A stretch of 64,000 bases of DNA. Origin: the human T2T-CHM13v2.0 reference genome, Homo sapiens. The notes beneath the pieces are model-generated. The model saw only the letters and a list, made by a program, of their open reading frames with translations. It did not search any database and was not told the DNA's origin. The stretch's first letter is position 1; each line of letters begins with the position of its first letter. The translations under genes and the position numbers were made by a program. Of the stretch, positions 27,770 to 40,904 are shown in pieces. The stretch lies in the NCBI RefSeq assembly GCF_009914755.1, contig NC_060925.1. One strand, 5' to 3'.

Positions 27770-28240
27770 TCAATAATAAGGCAGGGTGATTTATAGAAGG
27801 GCTATTAGTCTTCATAATAAATTTATTAAATGATCATTGCTGCTTTTTTTCCCTTCGTTATTTGTCATCGGCGGAGTGGTAATTGGTGTTTGAAATCCGT
27901 GTTGGCATGCCATCAAACGAGCCTGCTGTTCTGATCAAGCAAAGCCGCCTGGCAGCAGGGGGCCGGCAGAGCTGACAGGAAGCAGGGAAGCATGGGCCAC
28001 AGGCGGTGAGATCATCCCACGGAAGGAGTGGCCCAGGGCTTCCGGATCTCCAAATTAACTCATACGCCCCTGTCTCTTCTTCAGCACCGAGGCAGGAAGG
28101 TCTCTGTCGAATTTGTTGAACTCCTTAGACAAGCACAGGTTAAATACACATGCCAGGATGGTGGTCTAGCACTTCATTACAGTGCGTTAATTATCATCAC
28201 CTTCAACGGCAATTAATAACAATTAAGGGTCTTGTAATAT
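27770..28240. promoter_or_regulatory. Candidate enhancer / CTCF-associated element
   Basis: No recognisable repeat; 15 CpGs in ~350 bp; TGATTTAT 27787, CTCF-like GCAGCAGGGGGC 27952-27963, TGACAG 27973, several TAATT cores. Function is inferred only. Confidence 0.45.
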
Positions 28241-29039
28241 CATGAGCACTGTGTGGAGCTACTTTCGAAGCTGCAGGAAAGTGGAATGGATGGTTTTGGA
28301 GTACCAGAGTTGGAAGCATCAGCCATACTGTCTTAAAATAAGAGTATGAATGATATTGTTAGGCTCTGTAAACTGAGTGGGACATGCAAGAGGCCACATC
28401 CCCCACTAGGCTGGGGTAAGGAACTGACAGAATAAACAAGGCCTGCAGACAGGCTTCTGTGGCCGGTCTGCAAACACAGGCTTCTGTGTTTTGAAATAGT
28501 CAGAATTTGAACGTCCCTAGGCTGGACCTGCAAAAAGCCCCCTGCATTCTCCAGTTCCAGCTTGGTCCTGAGATGATTGTCTTCTTACACCTGTCCATGC
28601 CCTGAAGTCAAATCCATCTCTGCTCTAAGGTGAAGAAAGAGGTCCAGATAGCATGCTTCCTTCACAGATCTGTTGTGGGGAGTCCATGAGAGAATTCATG
28701 CTATGCACTAACAAAACACAGTCTGGCAAAGAATGCTTCTCTCCTCCACTGAAGCAGGCTATGAAGACTTTGGGCTTTCATGCCTTATTGTGGCATCTGA
28801 ATGACTAGAGAGTCTCTCTGGGGACCCCAGGCAAGCTGTTTCACCTCTCTGGGAGTCAAAGGGGAGAAAGTCCCTAACCCACAGGTTTGTTGTCAGAGTT
28901 AAATGGAAGGATACATTGAAATGCTTGATGCATAGTAGGCACTTAATAAATTACAATTCCTTTTTTCCTCCTTTCATCTTTTCAGGCTAGAAGTCAGTGA
29001 ATCAATCAGTCTTTAACAGGTTGTAAATCCTTATCATAT

Positions 29040-29270
29040 CAGGAAGAACACTTTGGTTTGCAGGCTTTTGGTGTCACATGACACCAGGATGAAATCAGCT
29101 CTGCCACTTACCAGCTATATGACCTTTCCCAAGTGACTTAAACTCTCAGAGTTGAGTTTCCATATGGGTGAAATGGAAACGATGAAAGGAACAAAAATGT
29201 GGTTGGGCATACTCAATGAGACAAGGAGTGTGTTTAGTGCTTAAGAGCTCCGTGGATCATAGTTGCTAAG
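29040..29270 (+). mobile_element. MIR SINE
   Basis: CAGCTCTGCCACTTACCAGCTATATGACCTTTCCCAAGTGACTTAAACTCTCAGAG. Confidence 0.8.
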
Positions 29271-29904
29271 ACGGTTATACCCAACTTGAAATGAGAACTC
29301 ACTTTTTCATTCAAAGGCACCCTTAACTGTGTATTTATCATTGCCTCTATTTGGAGAATTAGGTTTGAAATGTTAATTTTCACTTACTTTTAAAGATCCA
29401 AACTTAGAAAAGATGACATTATGCACTTACAAACGGTAAGTTGTAATTTTATGAAATTGAGATGCTTTCTAATAAGCCACATTAACAAAGCCATATATAC
29501 ATTTCTAACCAAAAAAACCTTCAAAATTAGAGTTAAGCTAATGAAGATCTGTCATTCTAAGACTTATTTGGGAGTTTTCCTACATATGCTGGCAGACACT
29601 ATCTTCTCGAACAAAATATTTTTGCTAAAGCAGCAAATGCCTTCTTTCTCTAATGAACTGCCAATTTTGTAAGGTTAAATACATAGTCTATAGCGTTTTC
29701 ATTTTTTTAAAGATTTTTTTCCATTTATCTTGGGAAATTACAGAGATGATGAAAATCTAAATATAATTTAATGCAAATGTATTCAAATAATTATAGGACG
29801 AAAAGTCAACAACAAGTCAAAGCCCCCTGCATGTGTTAAAGACGGATGCTGGGAAGGAAGGCATTTTCACCTTGAGAAGGCGAGTTTAAAATGTTCCACA
29901 ACAA

Positions 29905-30145
29905 CCTTCTCTCCCATGGTCCTTTTCTCCCTACTTCCCTCCTTTGCTCTTTCCTTTATCCTTCTTTTCACAACAGATTTCTGTTTTTCTTTCCTTCTCT
30001 TCTTTCCTCCCTCCTTTTCCCTCCTCCTTCTTCTACTCCTGGCTCTATCTTTTCTCTGTGTGTATCTTTCTGTCTCCGTGCTGTGTCTCTCTGTATTTCC
30101 TCTCTCTGTTTGTTTGCCTCATGCCCCATCTCCCCCCTTATCTCA
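29905..30145. repeat. Pyrimidine-rich (CT) low-complexity tract
   Basis: About 240 bp strongly C/T-biased on the plus strand. Confidence 0.8.
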
Positions 30146-31344
30146 CTCACCGCGTCTATAGGGACAGGCCAGCCACTGGGCTAGGCACTAGCAGAGGATA
30201 AAAAGAAGGCCATGGCTCCATTTCTGCCCTTGTAGGCCTCAGGGTTTTATGGGGGAGGCAAACAACCCTGCTAAGAAAGTGGAAGTATTACACTGGCAAT
30301 CAGCACCCACTCTGGCAAAACAGTGTTTAGCACTGTCTTGGAAAGCAGAGGGAAGTTAAATAGAAGATGAAGCTTTAAAGTATGTCTTGAAGGATGAGAA
30401 AAAGGTGTCCAGGCAAAGGGATGGGCAGGGATAGACACAAAGACATAGGCAATTATAGAGACTTTAAGGAATGGTAAAAAGATAAAGTCAGGCTGCTAAA
30501 TTAGAGGAGGGAAAGGGAGGAGGGGAAAAAGGAAGACAGAAGGAGAGAGTGAAGACCGGGAATCAGGGGAGTGGCCAAAAGGAGAAGGCCTTATAGTTCT
30601 AACAGTTGTACACCAGTTCTGGCTCAGTACAAAAGCCCTATTTTTGGATTTCATAGGCCAGTTTCAAAAATAAAACAAAAAAGCCGGGTCGAACCTTTAT
30701 TTTATTAAATAAAGACATTTACCAAAATACTGTCTATTAGCATTGTAATTATATGAAATGGGTGACAGTTAACACCTAAAGTAATAGAAGAAACAATAAG
30801 AATAAAATATATTAGTTTGGAATGGATCATTTAGATTTAGGTAAAGCTCATTATGGAATCCCTTTTTTTTTTCTCAAGTTTGTTTCAAAGCAGTGACAAC
30901 TTGATTATTCATCATGATTACTGTGCTTGCTTCCACAAATCTGCATTTGAGAAGCACTTCTGTATGCAGTGTCAAGGAGGCTGTATTCCTATTTGGGTAG
31001 CAGTGAGGAGCTGGTGAAGGTTTCTAAGGAGATGATGGTCAGTGCTCTCTGGGCTGCAGGAACACCAGGGCAGTGCAGAAGCTCACCTCTAGCCTGCTGT
31101 GTTCTGTGGGTCACAAGCTATGGTGGCCTAAATCTATTACTAGAAGATGACCATACTCACACCACAGAGGATGGTTGTGGTAATTAAAATGTCTAATAGA
31201 TGTGAAGGCACTGAGATGTCTAGAGATCTAACTGCAGAGATCATTAGCGTCAGAGGACGATCTCATCTTGAATGCTGGCAGCTAGCGAAACTGGACCACA
31301 CAGAGCCATGGAGGGGGTGAGTGGTCAGGTACAACCTTCCCCTG

Positions 31345-31712
31345 TGTCTTAGTGTATTTGGGCTGCTTTAACAAGACACCATAAATTGGGTGGTTTATAA
31401 ATAATATAAATTTATTTTTCATAGTTCTGGAGGCTGGGAAGTCCAAGATTGAGGCTCCAGCAGATTGGGTGTCTGGTGAGGGCCTGCTTCCTGCTTCACA
31501 GATAGCCATCTTTTCACTGTGCCCCCACATGGCAGAAGAGGTGAGGGATCTCACTGGGATTTCTTTCATAAAGGCACTAGTCTTACTTATGAGGACTCTG
31601 TCCTCATGACCTAATCACCCCACAAAGGCCCTGCCTCCTAATACTATCACCTTGGGGGTTAGAATTCCAATGTATAAATCGTGGGGGAAACATCAACTTT
31701 CAGTCCTTTGTG
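31345..31712 (-). mobile_element. MLT1A0-like MaLR solo LTR
   Basis: TGTCTTAGTGTATTTGGGCTGC...GTTCTGGAGGCTGGGAAGTCCAAGAT...CCTCATGACCTAATCACC; flanked by CCCTG and CCATG. Confidence 0.88.
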
Positions 31713-31717
31713 CCATG

Positions 31718-32191
31718 TGTGATGGTTAATTTCATGAGTCAACTTGACTGGCCACAGGGAGCACAGACTACTACTTCTGGGGGTTTCTGGATGAGATTAG
31801 AGTTTAAATCAGTGAATTTAATAAAGTAGAAATTGTCCTCCCCAGTGTGAGGGAGAGTCATCCGATCTGTTGAGGGCCTGAATAGAACAAAAGGCAGAAG
31901 GAGAAATTCACCCCTTTCTGCCCGACTGCTTGAGCCGGGACAGCCATCTTCTCCTGCCCTTGGTGTTCCTGGTTCTCACACCTTTGGACCCAGACTGGGA
32001 ATCTACATTATTGGCTCCCCTGGTTCTCAGGCCTTCAGACTGAAGCTGACTTATACTCACTGGCTTTTCTTTGCAGGTGGCAGATCGTGGGACTTCTCAG
32101 CCTCTATAATGGTGTGACCCAATTCTGTATAATAAATCTCTTCCTATATATCCTGTTGATTCTGTTTCTCTAGTGAACCCTCACTAATACA
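31718..32191 (+). mobile_element. MLT2B-like ERVL solo LTR
   Basis: TGTGATGGTTAATTTCATGAGTCAACTTGACTGG...GATTCTGTTTCTCTAGTGAACCCTCACTAATACA; perfect TSD CCATG at 31713-31717 and 32192-32196. Confidence 0.9.
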
Positions 32192-32834
32192 CCATGTCTC
32201 TCAAGCCGTTGTAGATAGCTACCATTGCTGGAACTATTACTTTGTACTAGACATGTGCTAAGGTCTTTGCTTATTATCCATTACAACTTTTGTGTACTCA
32301 TGACATATGAAATGGTACACTTGTTTAGTACTAGACAACTTGTAATGGAAGAAGCAATTTTGTTTTAAACCACTATGTCATCAGAATCTAGCTAATCACT
32401 GAATGGCATATAATAAATGTTGAATGAATATTTTTAATTGAAAATTGAAAAGGAGATCTCTCCCAGGTCTTATAATGACTAAGGGGCCTAAGTAGGATTT
32501 GAACCAAAACCTGACTCCATAGCCCATGCTGTTTGCATTTACTGAGTAAATGCATTGCACTGGCCCTAAGCCCAGCAGAATATGCTGCATCATGTCAATT
32601 ACTGAGGGTGGGGTGGGCAACAGGCCCTTTAGTTCCACTCTCTGTTCAAGTCTCAGTGCCTAGTCCTTCCAAGATCCTTGGAGTTAACTCTCCTTGCACT
32701 ACTTCCTGGCTACTTTGGCAGAAGATGCCAAGTGCTTATGGTTTCAGGCCCAGTTCAATTATTACCTCCCTGGGAAGGCTGTTATAACTCCCCTAAGAGT
32801 GGAGATATTCATGGCATTCTTTGTCTGCCACAGG

Positions 32835-33080
32835 CGATGGTGAAGTGAAAAGAACACCCAATTTGGGTTGAGATAATTTGGAACTGAGTCCTGACTCTGC
32901 CTCGTGGGTGTGACCTTGAGCAAGTCACAGTCTCTCTGAGCTTCAGACTCCTCATTTGTAAAACAGATAGCAGCTATTGCTTTGTCTGGCACTCCAGGGA
33001 TGTTTTAAGATCAAAGTCAATGCACTGACATGTAAAAAAGCATTTATAAAGTGTAATATGCTGCACAAGTGTTAGCAATT
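32835..33080 (+). mobile_element. MIR SINE
   Basis: GTGTGACCTTGAGCAAGTCACAGTCTCTCTGAGCTTCAGACTCCTCATTTGTAAAA. Confidence 0.8.
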
Positions 33081-36000
33081 AATTTTAGAGGTCAGGCTGA
33101 AGTCACAGTTTGAAGACACAAAGGAATCGGCAGTTCAAATATGAAGAGAGATGTGGCAGATATTGTGGCTGTCTTAGTAAATTCCTTCCACCTTTTCCTG
33201 TCCAACTCATGAACCTTAAGTCAGCCATTCACCCATTCATTCATTCATTACTTCACTCATCACACATTCGCTGAGTGGCCACTTGGTATCAGGTACTAGA
33301 CCCTGAAAATACTTAAATAAGTCCCATAAAATCCCATCCAAAACAGCTCATTGTCTGTTTTGAAGGCAGACAATTAAAAACTTATAAAATATCTAACCCT
33401 CTTTGGTCATATACGACCCTATTTGGTCATATATGACCTTTGTACCAGTCATTCAAAAAATCTTTCACTGATTACCAAATGTCTTTGTTTGCAGTGCTCA
33501 CATTTGCAACCCACATTTCCTATTTTGTTTCCAGGTGTTACAGCTTATTGGTTATTTCATCTGGCACTTTCATCAAATTAGTTTGATAAAGTTTTACTCT
33601 TCTCATTTCCAGTTTTTACTCTTTCTTCAATATTTCCCAAGATGCTTTGTATTTGGAGATTTTCAGTTTTGTCTCAAAGCAATAATTACATCTAACACTT
33701 ATATTGAGCTTACTATGTGCCCAGTGCTATTCCAAGCATTGAATGCACATTAACTTAATTAGCCGCCTATTTGATCTCTCTTCATTAGTCTCCTTAGCAT
33801 TTTTCTAGTTTAAAAGAGTTCTTACAGTTCTTACAAATTTTAAACCTGTGATTAAAAACATAAATATGTAACAATGCATACAATTATATAAGTAATTAAA
33901 TCTTCAGAAACTCATACAATTCTTATGAGTAGTTCTCTGCTCTGTATTGCACTACAGGAAAGGGACACATTTACTGTTACATGTTGCAGAAATTCTGAGC
34001 TTACTTTAGAAAAGATTACTAAACATATGTCAGAAACACATGCATTTCTTATAAATGGCCAGCAGCTATTTGCGCCTTGACAGTATCAATATTTATAGAC
34101 TGATGTAGATTTCATGTGACCACTGGCTGCAGTGTTTGTGTGAAAAACCCACCCACCTACCATTAATTAGGGGAACACACCTGAGTGCTCTAGGGCCCTA
34201 TAGAGGTAAGGAGGGGAAAGAGAGATCTGACAGGTGGGACTGGAGGACTGTCCAGGAGCTAACACGACCTAAATATGAAGGAGAAGGAGGAAGAGTTTTG
34301 AAACATGTTAGTTTTCTAGGGCTACCATAACACATCATTCAACCACTTTGAATTGTAATTGGCTTATTACTAAAATGGGATAATGTGAACTAATTGGTAG
34401 GAGTGTGTCTGAGTTAAATGGAGAAACTCATGTCAAGAGCCTACTAGAGGCTCAAATCTTTCACAATGCTGCCTAGGTAGTTAGAACTTAGATCTCCAGG
34501 TAGCTCAAGAACTTGAAAAAAAAAAAAACTGAACTGATTTGGAAACACTTGACCTGCCAGAAGGAGGCCTTCTAGACCCACGGAGCAAAGAGATATTGTC
34601 ATAGCATTACAAAGGTTGAGGGTTTTTTTTTTCCCCCTTAAAAAATTACATTAAGGCTCCTCTCAGTTCAAATGAAATGCATTCCCATGATAATACTCAG
34701 AGCTTAATGTTCATAACATTTCAGAATAAAAAAATCAGTTCTGTGTTTACTTTGTGCTTATTAAACAGGAAAAAGATGAAAGGAGCAAATAGAGGAAAGA
34801 CAACCAAGATTATTTCCAATTTCTTGAGATATCCCTTCCACCTGGATGCTTTGATAATGGCATAGCAGCAAACAAAGTCTGAGGCTACATGAGACTCAAA
34901 AATAAGAGGGAGAAATCACTCAGTTCTGTCATCCAGATATTTCATTTGCAGGGCAACAAACAGCCAAAGGACCAAATATCAGGGGAAGTGACTTCGGATT
35001 TCAATTGTCTTAAGTTTTCACAGACCTAAAGAATCACAGCTGGAAGGAGATCTTGAGAGGTCATCTGGAACCTGTGCAAATTTTAAAACTCCTCATGTCG
35101 ATTATTTTTAAGAATGATGAAAAAAGAAATGTTATAACTTGCTGCAAGAGTCCACTCTAGTGTTCGATAACCCTCACCTCGGGAAAATTGTCTCTTAAAG
35201 CTACACTAAGTGATTATTTCTGCGAGAAAAAAATGTTAGTTATTTGTTTCACCCTAAGGGTAGACAACATGGGGTCTATTTATATAAAAGGGTAGGGTTA
35301 TCTACTAAGAGATAGCAAAAGTTACTCTGTTTTTAGAATCCAAAGAACTGAGTTCAAATCTTAATGCTGACACTTGCTAGCCACATGACCCCAAGCTAAT
35401 TACTTCACTTAACTGAGCACCATTTAATAAAAGGAAGTCCTGGCCTCAAAGCATCCTGGGCACCCCACGTGATGAGGAAGGAGGGTTGATGACCAAATTG
35501 TGGAATTAAAATATACTCTGCTATTTTACCACTGAAATATCCACGGATTTGTTGGTATGCTATTTTCATTATTTTTAAGTCCAAAATTGTAGGTATTAAT
35601 ATCTGTAGAGAAAGATCAACAATTTAATTATTCAAATTATGTGAAAAGACAAACTGATACAAAGTCTACAAGTCTAAACATGTCCAGACCTTCATGAATT
35701 GTAATAAGCAACCATATTATGGTCCTGCAAAGCTCCTGTTGAAAGAATAATTATTACTGCAGTTCAAAAAATTTCTGAGAAAACAGAATATGAATGTGAC
35801 AATATGGAAATGGATACAGGGACTTGTGCATCAGAGCCACCAACTACACATGATAAAAATACAGAAGATGTAGACCTATCAAATATATTTTCTTTGGTGG
35901 GGGTGGGCAGGAAACATAGCTCCTTCTCAATACAAAACCTGTGTATAGTCTTTATTGGGATGGTCATGGAAGGAAGGGTTGTTCAAACAAAAACTCAAAA

Positions 36001-37479
36001 TTATCAAATAAGAAATAAAGTTATTTAAAGATGAAATTCAGAGGAAAATATTTAGGGTTAGCTCTTAAGTGTCTCTTCACCATTCTTCTGACTATTCACA
36101 AAATCACCAGAAAAGCTTTTTCAGCAGCAAATAAAGCTTGCATAAAAATATATTTGCAAATCATTGATGTCACTTGACTCATTTCATTTTTTAATTAGCA
36201 CATTTTAAAAAGAGCAAGTAACATTTTCATTTTCAATTTCCATAATTAAGTGCATTTTTCCAGTTTATATGCTATTTAGTTTATGGTTTGAATATTTAAC
36301 TTAGTGATTTACATCTACAAATAATTTATATGACAGTTATGTTTACATTTTGTAAAATTTCCCTGATGTTTATAGTATCTATATGTTTTTGTATTTGAAG
36401 TACATTAAATAGCTTTGTTTCTTTGAGCCTTTTACTTCATAAATTTTGTGTACTTTCAAAATAAAATACTGATAGTATGTAAAATAAAAATTGAAATAAC
36501 AGAATTGTTACCTTGCCGCAGCACTGCAATCACTAAAATGGAGTTAGCAAACTGAGAGTAACCTGACATTCAGCAGGGAAATGTACCAGGACCCAAAGGA
36601 GGGGTCAGTAGCCCAAATCAGCAGAGGCAAAGAAGACTGGCTTTTTTCTCACTTAAGGCTGGTACCTTCCCTGCTCCATGTTACCAGGACACAGGACCCT
36701 CTGATAGATGGTAATTGGGTATTAGCATCAGGAGACATATCAGAGTTATTGATCAGGGAAGTGGGAAAGGGTTATATCAGGCACAACAAATATTCCATTG
36801 TAGGCTTCTGAGGGAACAGTCTACAGGGAGTAGAAGATATTGTCTGAGGTATATGGGATTTAGGGAGGCCAGGGACCTGGTATACCTAAATTGCAGAACT
36901 GCTTTAAGAATTAAATATTAGAGAGTCTCCAAAGGACTCTTATAATAATTCCACATGTGTAAGAGGATTACTACAACGTAGTGCTGCATAGGCGTGGAAC
37001 TTGGTGCAAATTCTACTCTAGTATAAATTATTAGTGGAGTACTACTCTAGTATACATTATTACCAGATGTTTCTAAATTAAAGCGTTATTAGAAAAATAA
37101 ATCTTTTCTTTAATAGCGTTTGTGTGAAATTTGGTGTGTGTTTATCATGAGTGGACTTCCAGTTTAACATGAAATTGGGATCAGCCACAGCGGATGAAAG
37201 GTGTCAGTATCAGTACTCTATGAGACTAGAAGCAGAGAGGAAAGTGGTAGGTGACTAGCGTGGTAGAGGAAGCTAAAACGCTAAGACAGGATGCAGATGG
37301 GGTTGGATGCCATCAATAAATTCACAATTTCACTGAAGAAATTCAGCACCAGGCAGACACAGACAGAGGAAGGTTGGGGTGGAGTTGAAACAGTGGGGAG
37401 GAGTATTGTGTGAGAGTTGTGAGGAGAAGGGAAACTCAGGAGAATGGAATTCTCACTCATGGTAAGAGGAAGTCAAGAG

Positions 37480-37685
37480 ATAACACCTGAAACTGACAAA
37501 TCAAAAAATAGCAATGTAAGTGTGTTATTTAGAATGGAGTAAAATAACAGAAGAAAATGTTAAAATAATAAAAGTTTCAGAGTGGTGGGTATATAGGAAG
37601 TAAGGAATTGTTATTCTCTGACAGGAGTTGTAGTACTATGTGTTTTAAATGGATCATAAGGATACTTTTCTTTTAAATTTAAAGC
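37480..37685 (+). mobile_element. Old L1 (L1MC-like) 3' fragment
   Basis: GAAACTGACAAATCAAAAAATAGCAATGTAAGTGTGTTATTTAGAA resembles an L1MC 3' UTR. Confidence 0.5.
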
Positions 37686-38033
37686 AAATAGAATGTACTA
37701 GATTAAACAGTAGTTCTTATTATGCTGTATTAGATAAGACCAAAGATATGATCAAAATGGGAAAGGTTAGTAATATGATTTTTCTAAAGCAGACAGTAAG
37801 TATTCAGTAAACATGGCTTTTCCATATGTTTTACAGTTAAGAATATTGTTCTCTAAATCAGGCTCAAAGCTATGTACCAAATATGTCAGGATCTGAGCCC
37901 CTGAGTAGAGCTCTCTGTCACTTTAGTTGTGGCTTGATGGAAGAGCAAGATCGGGAGAAGCTGTGTCCTGTTGTCTAACACTACAGGGCCAAGGCTGTGA
38001 GGAGAGGAGGGGGCCGAGATGACACTTCTCATT

Positions 38034-38217
38034 CAGGAATTCTCAAACTTGAGCATGCATCTGAATAACCAGAAGGGCTTGTGAAAACAGAGGGCTGGCC
38101 TCACTCCCAGGGTTTCTGATTAAGTGGCTTCGGGATGAAGCCTGAGTTTCTTTATTTCTAGTAAGTTCCCTGGTGATGCTGATGCTGCTGAACCTGGGAC
38201 CACACTGAGAATCATTG
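38034..38217. mobile_element. MER5A hAT-Charlie DNA transposon
   Basis: TTCTCAAACTTGAGCATGCATCTGAATAACC...TAAGTTCCCTGGTGATGCTGATGCTGCTG...GGACCACACTGAGAATCATTG; ~185 bp. Confidence 0.88.
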
Positions 38218-40041
38218 GCCCAATGTGTGGTGGGCAAGTGGATCGCAAGGGCAGGCTGCTGAGGACCGGCTGAAGGAAGAATGCTGTTCCTGGAAAGGTG
38301 TTTGAATAAGCTTTGTGCTGGGAAGGGAGGGACAGAGTGGGGAATCTAGGTGTCCCATATATTTTCTAAGGCTGGCATTGTAATGTCTTTTAATAATCTC
38401 CTTGGCTCAGCCCAACAATCTCTACTTTAAAGAAATGTCTGATTCCCACAATTCTAATAATATGTGCCCAGAAGAGAGCCCACCAATGAAAGTCTGAAAA
38501 ATAGATTCAATTACCCTTCTCCACTATTGAACCTAAGTGATGCCATTAGAGGAAGGGAGAGAGCCGGAGTGAAACACACGTACATTTTGCCAGGTATCTA
38601 AGAAGAAAGAGAATAGGTACAAAGAAGCAGACCTAACCTGGGAGTGACTGAACAATCTTTTAAAAATGATTAGGTCATATAACGTTTGTCAATATTTTTA
38701 ATGGTCATACTAAGTTGCTTTATCAGTCAAAATTTTCTGTCTCACAAGAGTCAATTGAGACCAGAATTGCAAATATAAACTTACAGTGTGCCATGGCTGG
38801 CGCATCCTGGACCGTGGGGTTAATCTAGGCAGTTAGTGCAGAAAGGCAGGGAAACTGAAAGTAAGAAATCCTAGGTTCAAGACCTGCCTCTTTAAAGAAG
38901 ACAGCTAGCATTTGACACACTTTAAGGTCAGCTTGGTGTGACCTTGAAGAGTTAACATCTCATAGCCTCAGTGATCTCATCTTCAAAATGAAGACAATAA
39001 TGTAAGATTTAGCATAGTACCTGGCACACAGCATTGTGCTGAAAGAACGTGAGCTATAATAGCAGATAAAAACAAGCTCTTTAAAGTCAGATGAGGGTTC
39101 TGATCTGGGCTGTCACTTAATAGTGGCTCCCTTGGGCAAGTTATTGAACCTTTCTAAGGTGTAAGTAATTGTGTTAAAATAGAGATAATAATATATAATC
39201 TTTTAGGATTACTCTAAGGATTAAATGAAAGCAAATATAATAGTATGCATATCCCTTGGCAATAGTAAGCACCAAACAAATGAAATGATCACTGCAGATA
39301 TGAAACCTAACCTTTATAAGTACTAGTTTTCCTAACGTGTAAAAATAGAACAAATATCTACCTTACCCTCTTCCAGATTTGGTTCGAAGCTGAAATAAGA
39401 TAATAAAAAGAAAGAAACTTCATTCATTCAACAAATGTTTATTGTGCATCTTTTGTGTGCCAGGACTGTTTTAGGTGCCAGCAATATCCTTGTAAACAAA
39501 AAGGTATAATGAAAATCTTGTATTCAGGAGATTATACTTCTCCCACTGGAATGGAGGAGGAAAAGAGGAATAAACAAATAAATATATAATGGTGGTGAAA
39601 ATGTTTTAGAGAAAAGTTAAACAAGGTACAGATTATAGAGGTATGGCAATGGGGTGGGGAGGGTATACTATTTTATATAAGGTGGTCAAAGAAGAAATAG
39701 CCAATAAATGGCATTTGAGCAGAGATCTGAAGGTTATAAGGGGTAAGCCATGCAGATGTCTGGAGGACAGTCTAGGCAGAGGGACGGCCAGTTCAGCATC
39801 CCTGAGATGGGAGCATGTTAGGAGTATTCATGGAGGTACAGGGGACCCAGGCTGGCTATAGCAGCTAACGGAGGTGAGGACAGTGTGCCATGAATCACAT
39901 GGGAATTTGCAGTTATGAACTGAAATGTGTCTCCCCAAATTCACAAGTTTAAGCCCCAATGCAAACATGATGTTACTTGGAGATAGAGTCATTAGGGAGA
40001 TAATTAAGGTTAAATGAGGTAATAAGGGCAGTACTCTAATC

Positions 40042-40565
40042 CAGGGGTCCCCAAACCCCGGGCCATGGACTGGTACCAGTTCATGGTGTGTTAGGCACTG
40101 AGCCGCATAGTAGGAGGTGAGCGGCAGGCAAGCAAGCGAAGCTTCATCTGTATTTACAGCCACTCCCCATCGCTTGCGTTACTGCCTGAGCTCCGCCTCC
40201 TATCAGATCAGCTATGGCCTTAGGTTCTCATGGGAGTGTGAACCCTCTCATGGGAATGTGAATTGAGCATGCCAGGGATCTAGGTTGCGTGCTCCTTATG
40301 AGACTCTACTGTCTAATGATCTGTCACTGTCTCCCATCACACCCTCAGTTGCAGGAAAACAAGCTCAGGGCTCCCACTGATTCTACATTATGGTGAGTTG
40401 TATAATTATTTCATTATATATTACAATGTAATAATAATATAAATAAATTACACAATAATTGTAATGCACTTGAATCATCCTGAGACCATCCCCCTGACCC
40501 TGGTCCATGGAAAATTTGTCTTCCACAAAACCAGTCCCTGGTGCCAAAATGGTTGGGGACCGCTG
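40042..40565 (+). mobile_element. MER1A hAT-Charlie DNA transposon, full length
   Basis: TIRs CAGGGGTCCCCAA / TTGGGGACCGCTG; 524 bp; perfect 8-bp TSD CTCTAATC at 40034-40041 and 40566-40573. Confidence 0.93.
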
Positions 40566-40579
40566 CTCTAATCTAATAA

Positions 40580-40904
<325 letters not shown>

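Noticed and set aside
30600-30960. Possible hAT/Charlie-type element ending TTTGAGAAGCACT
   Set aside because: One end resembles a MER5/Charlie terminus, but I could not identify the family or a matching second TIR.
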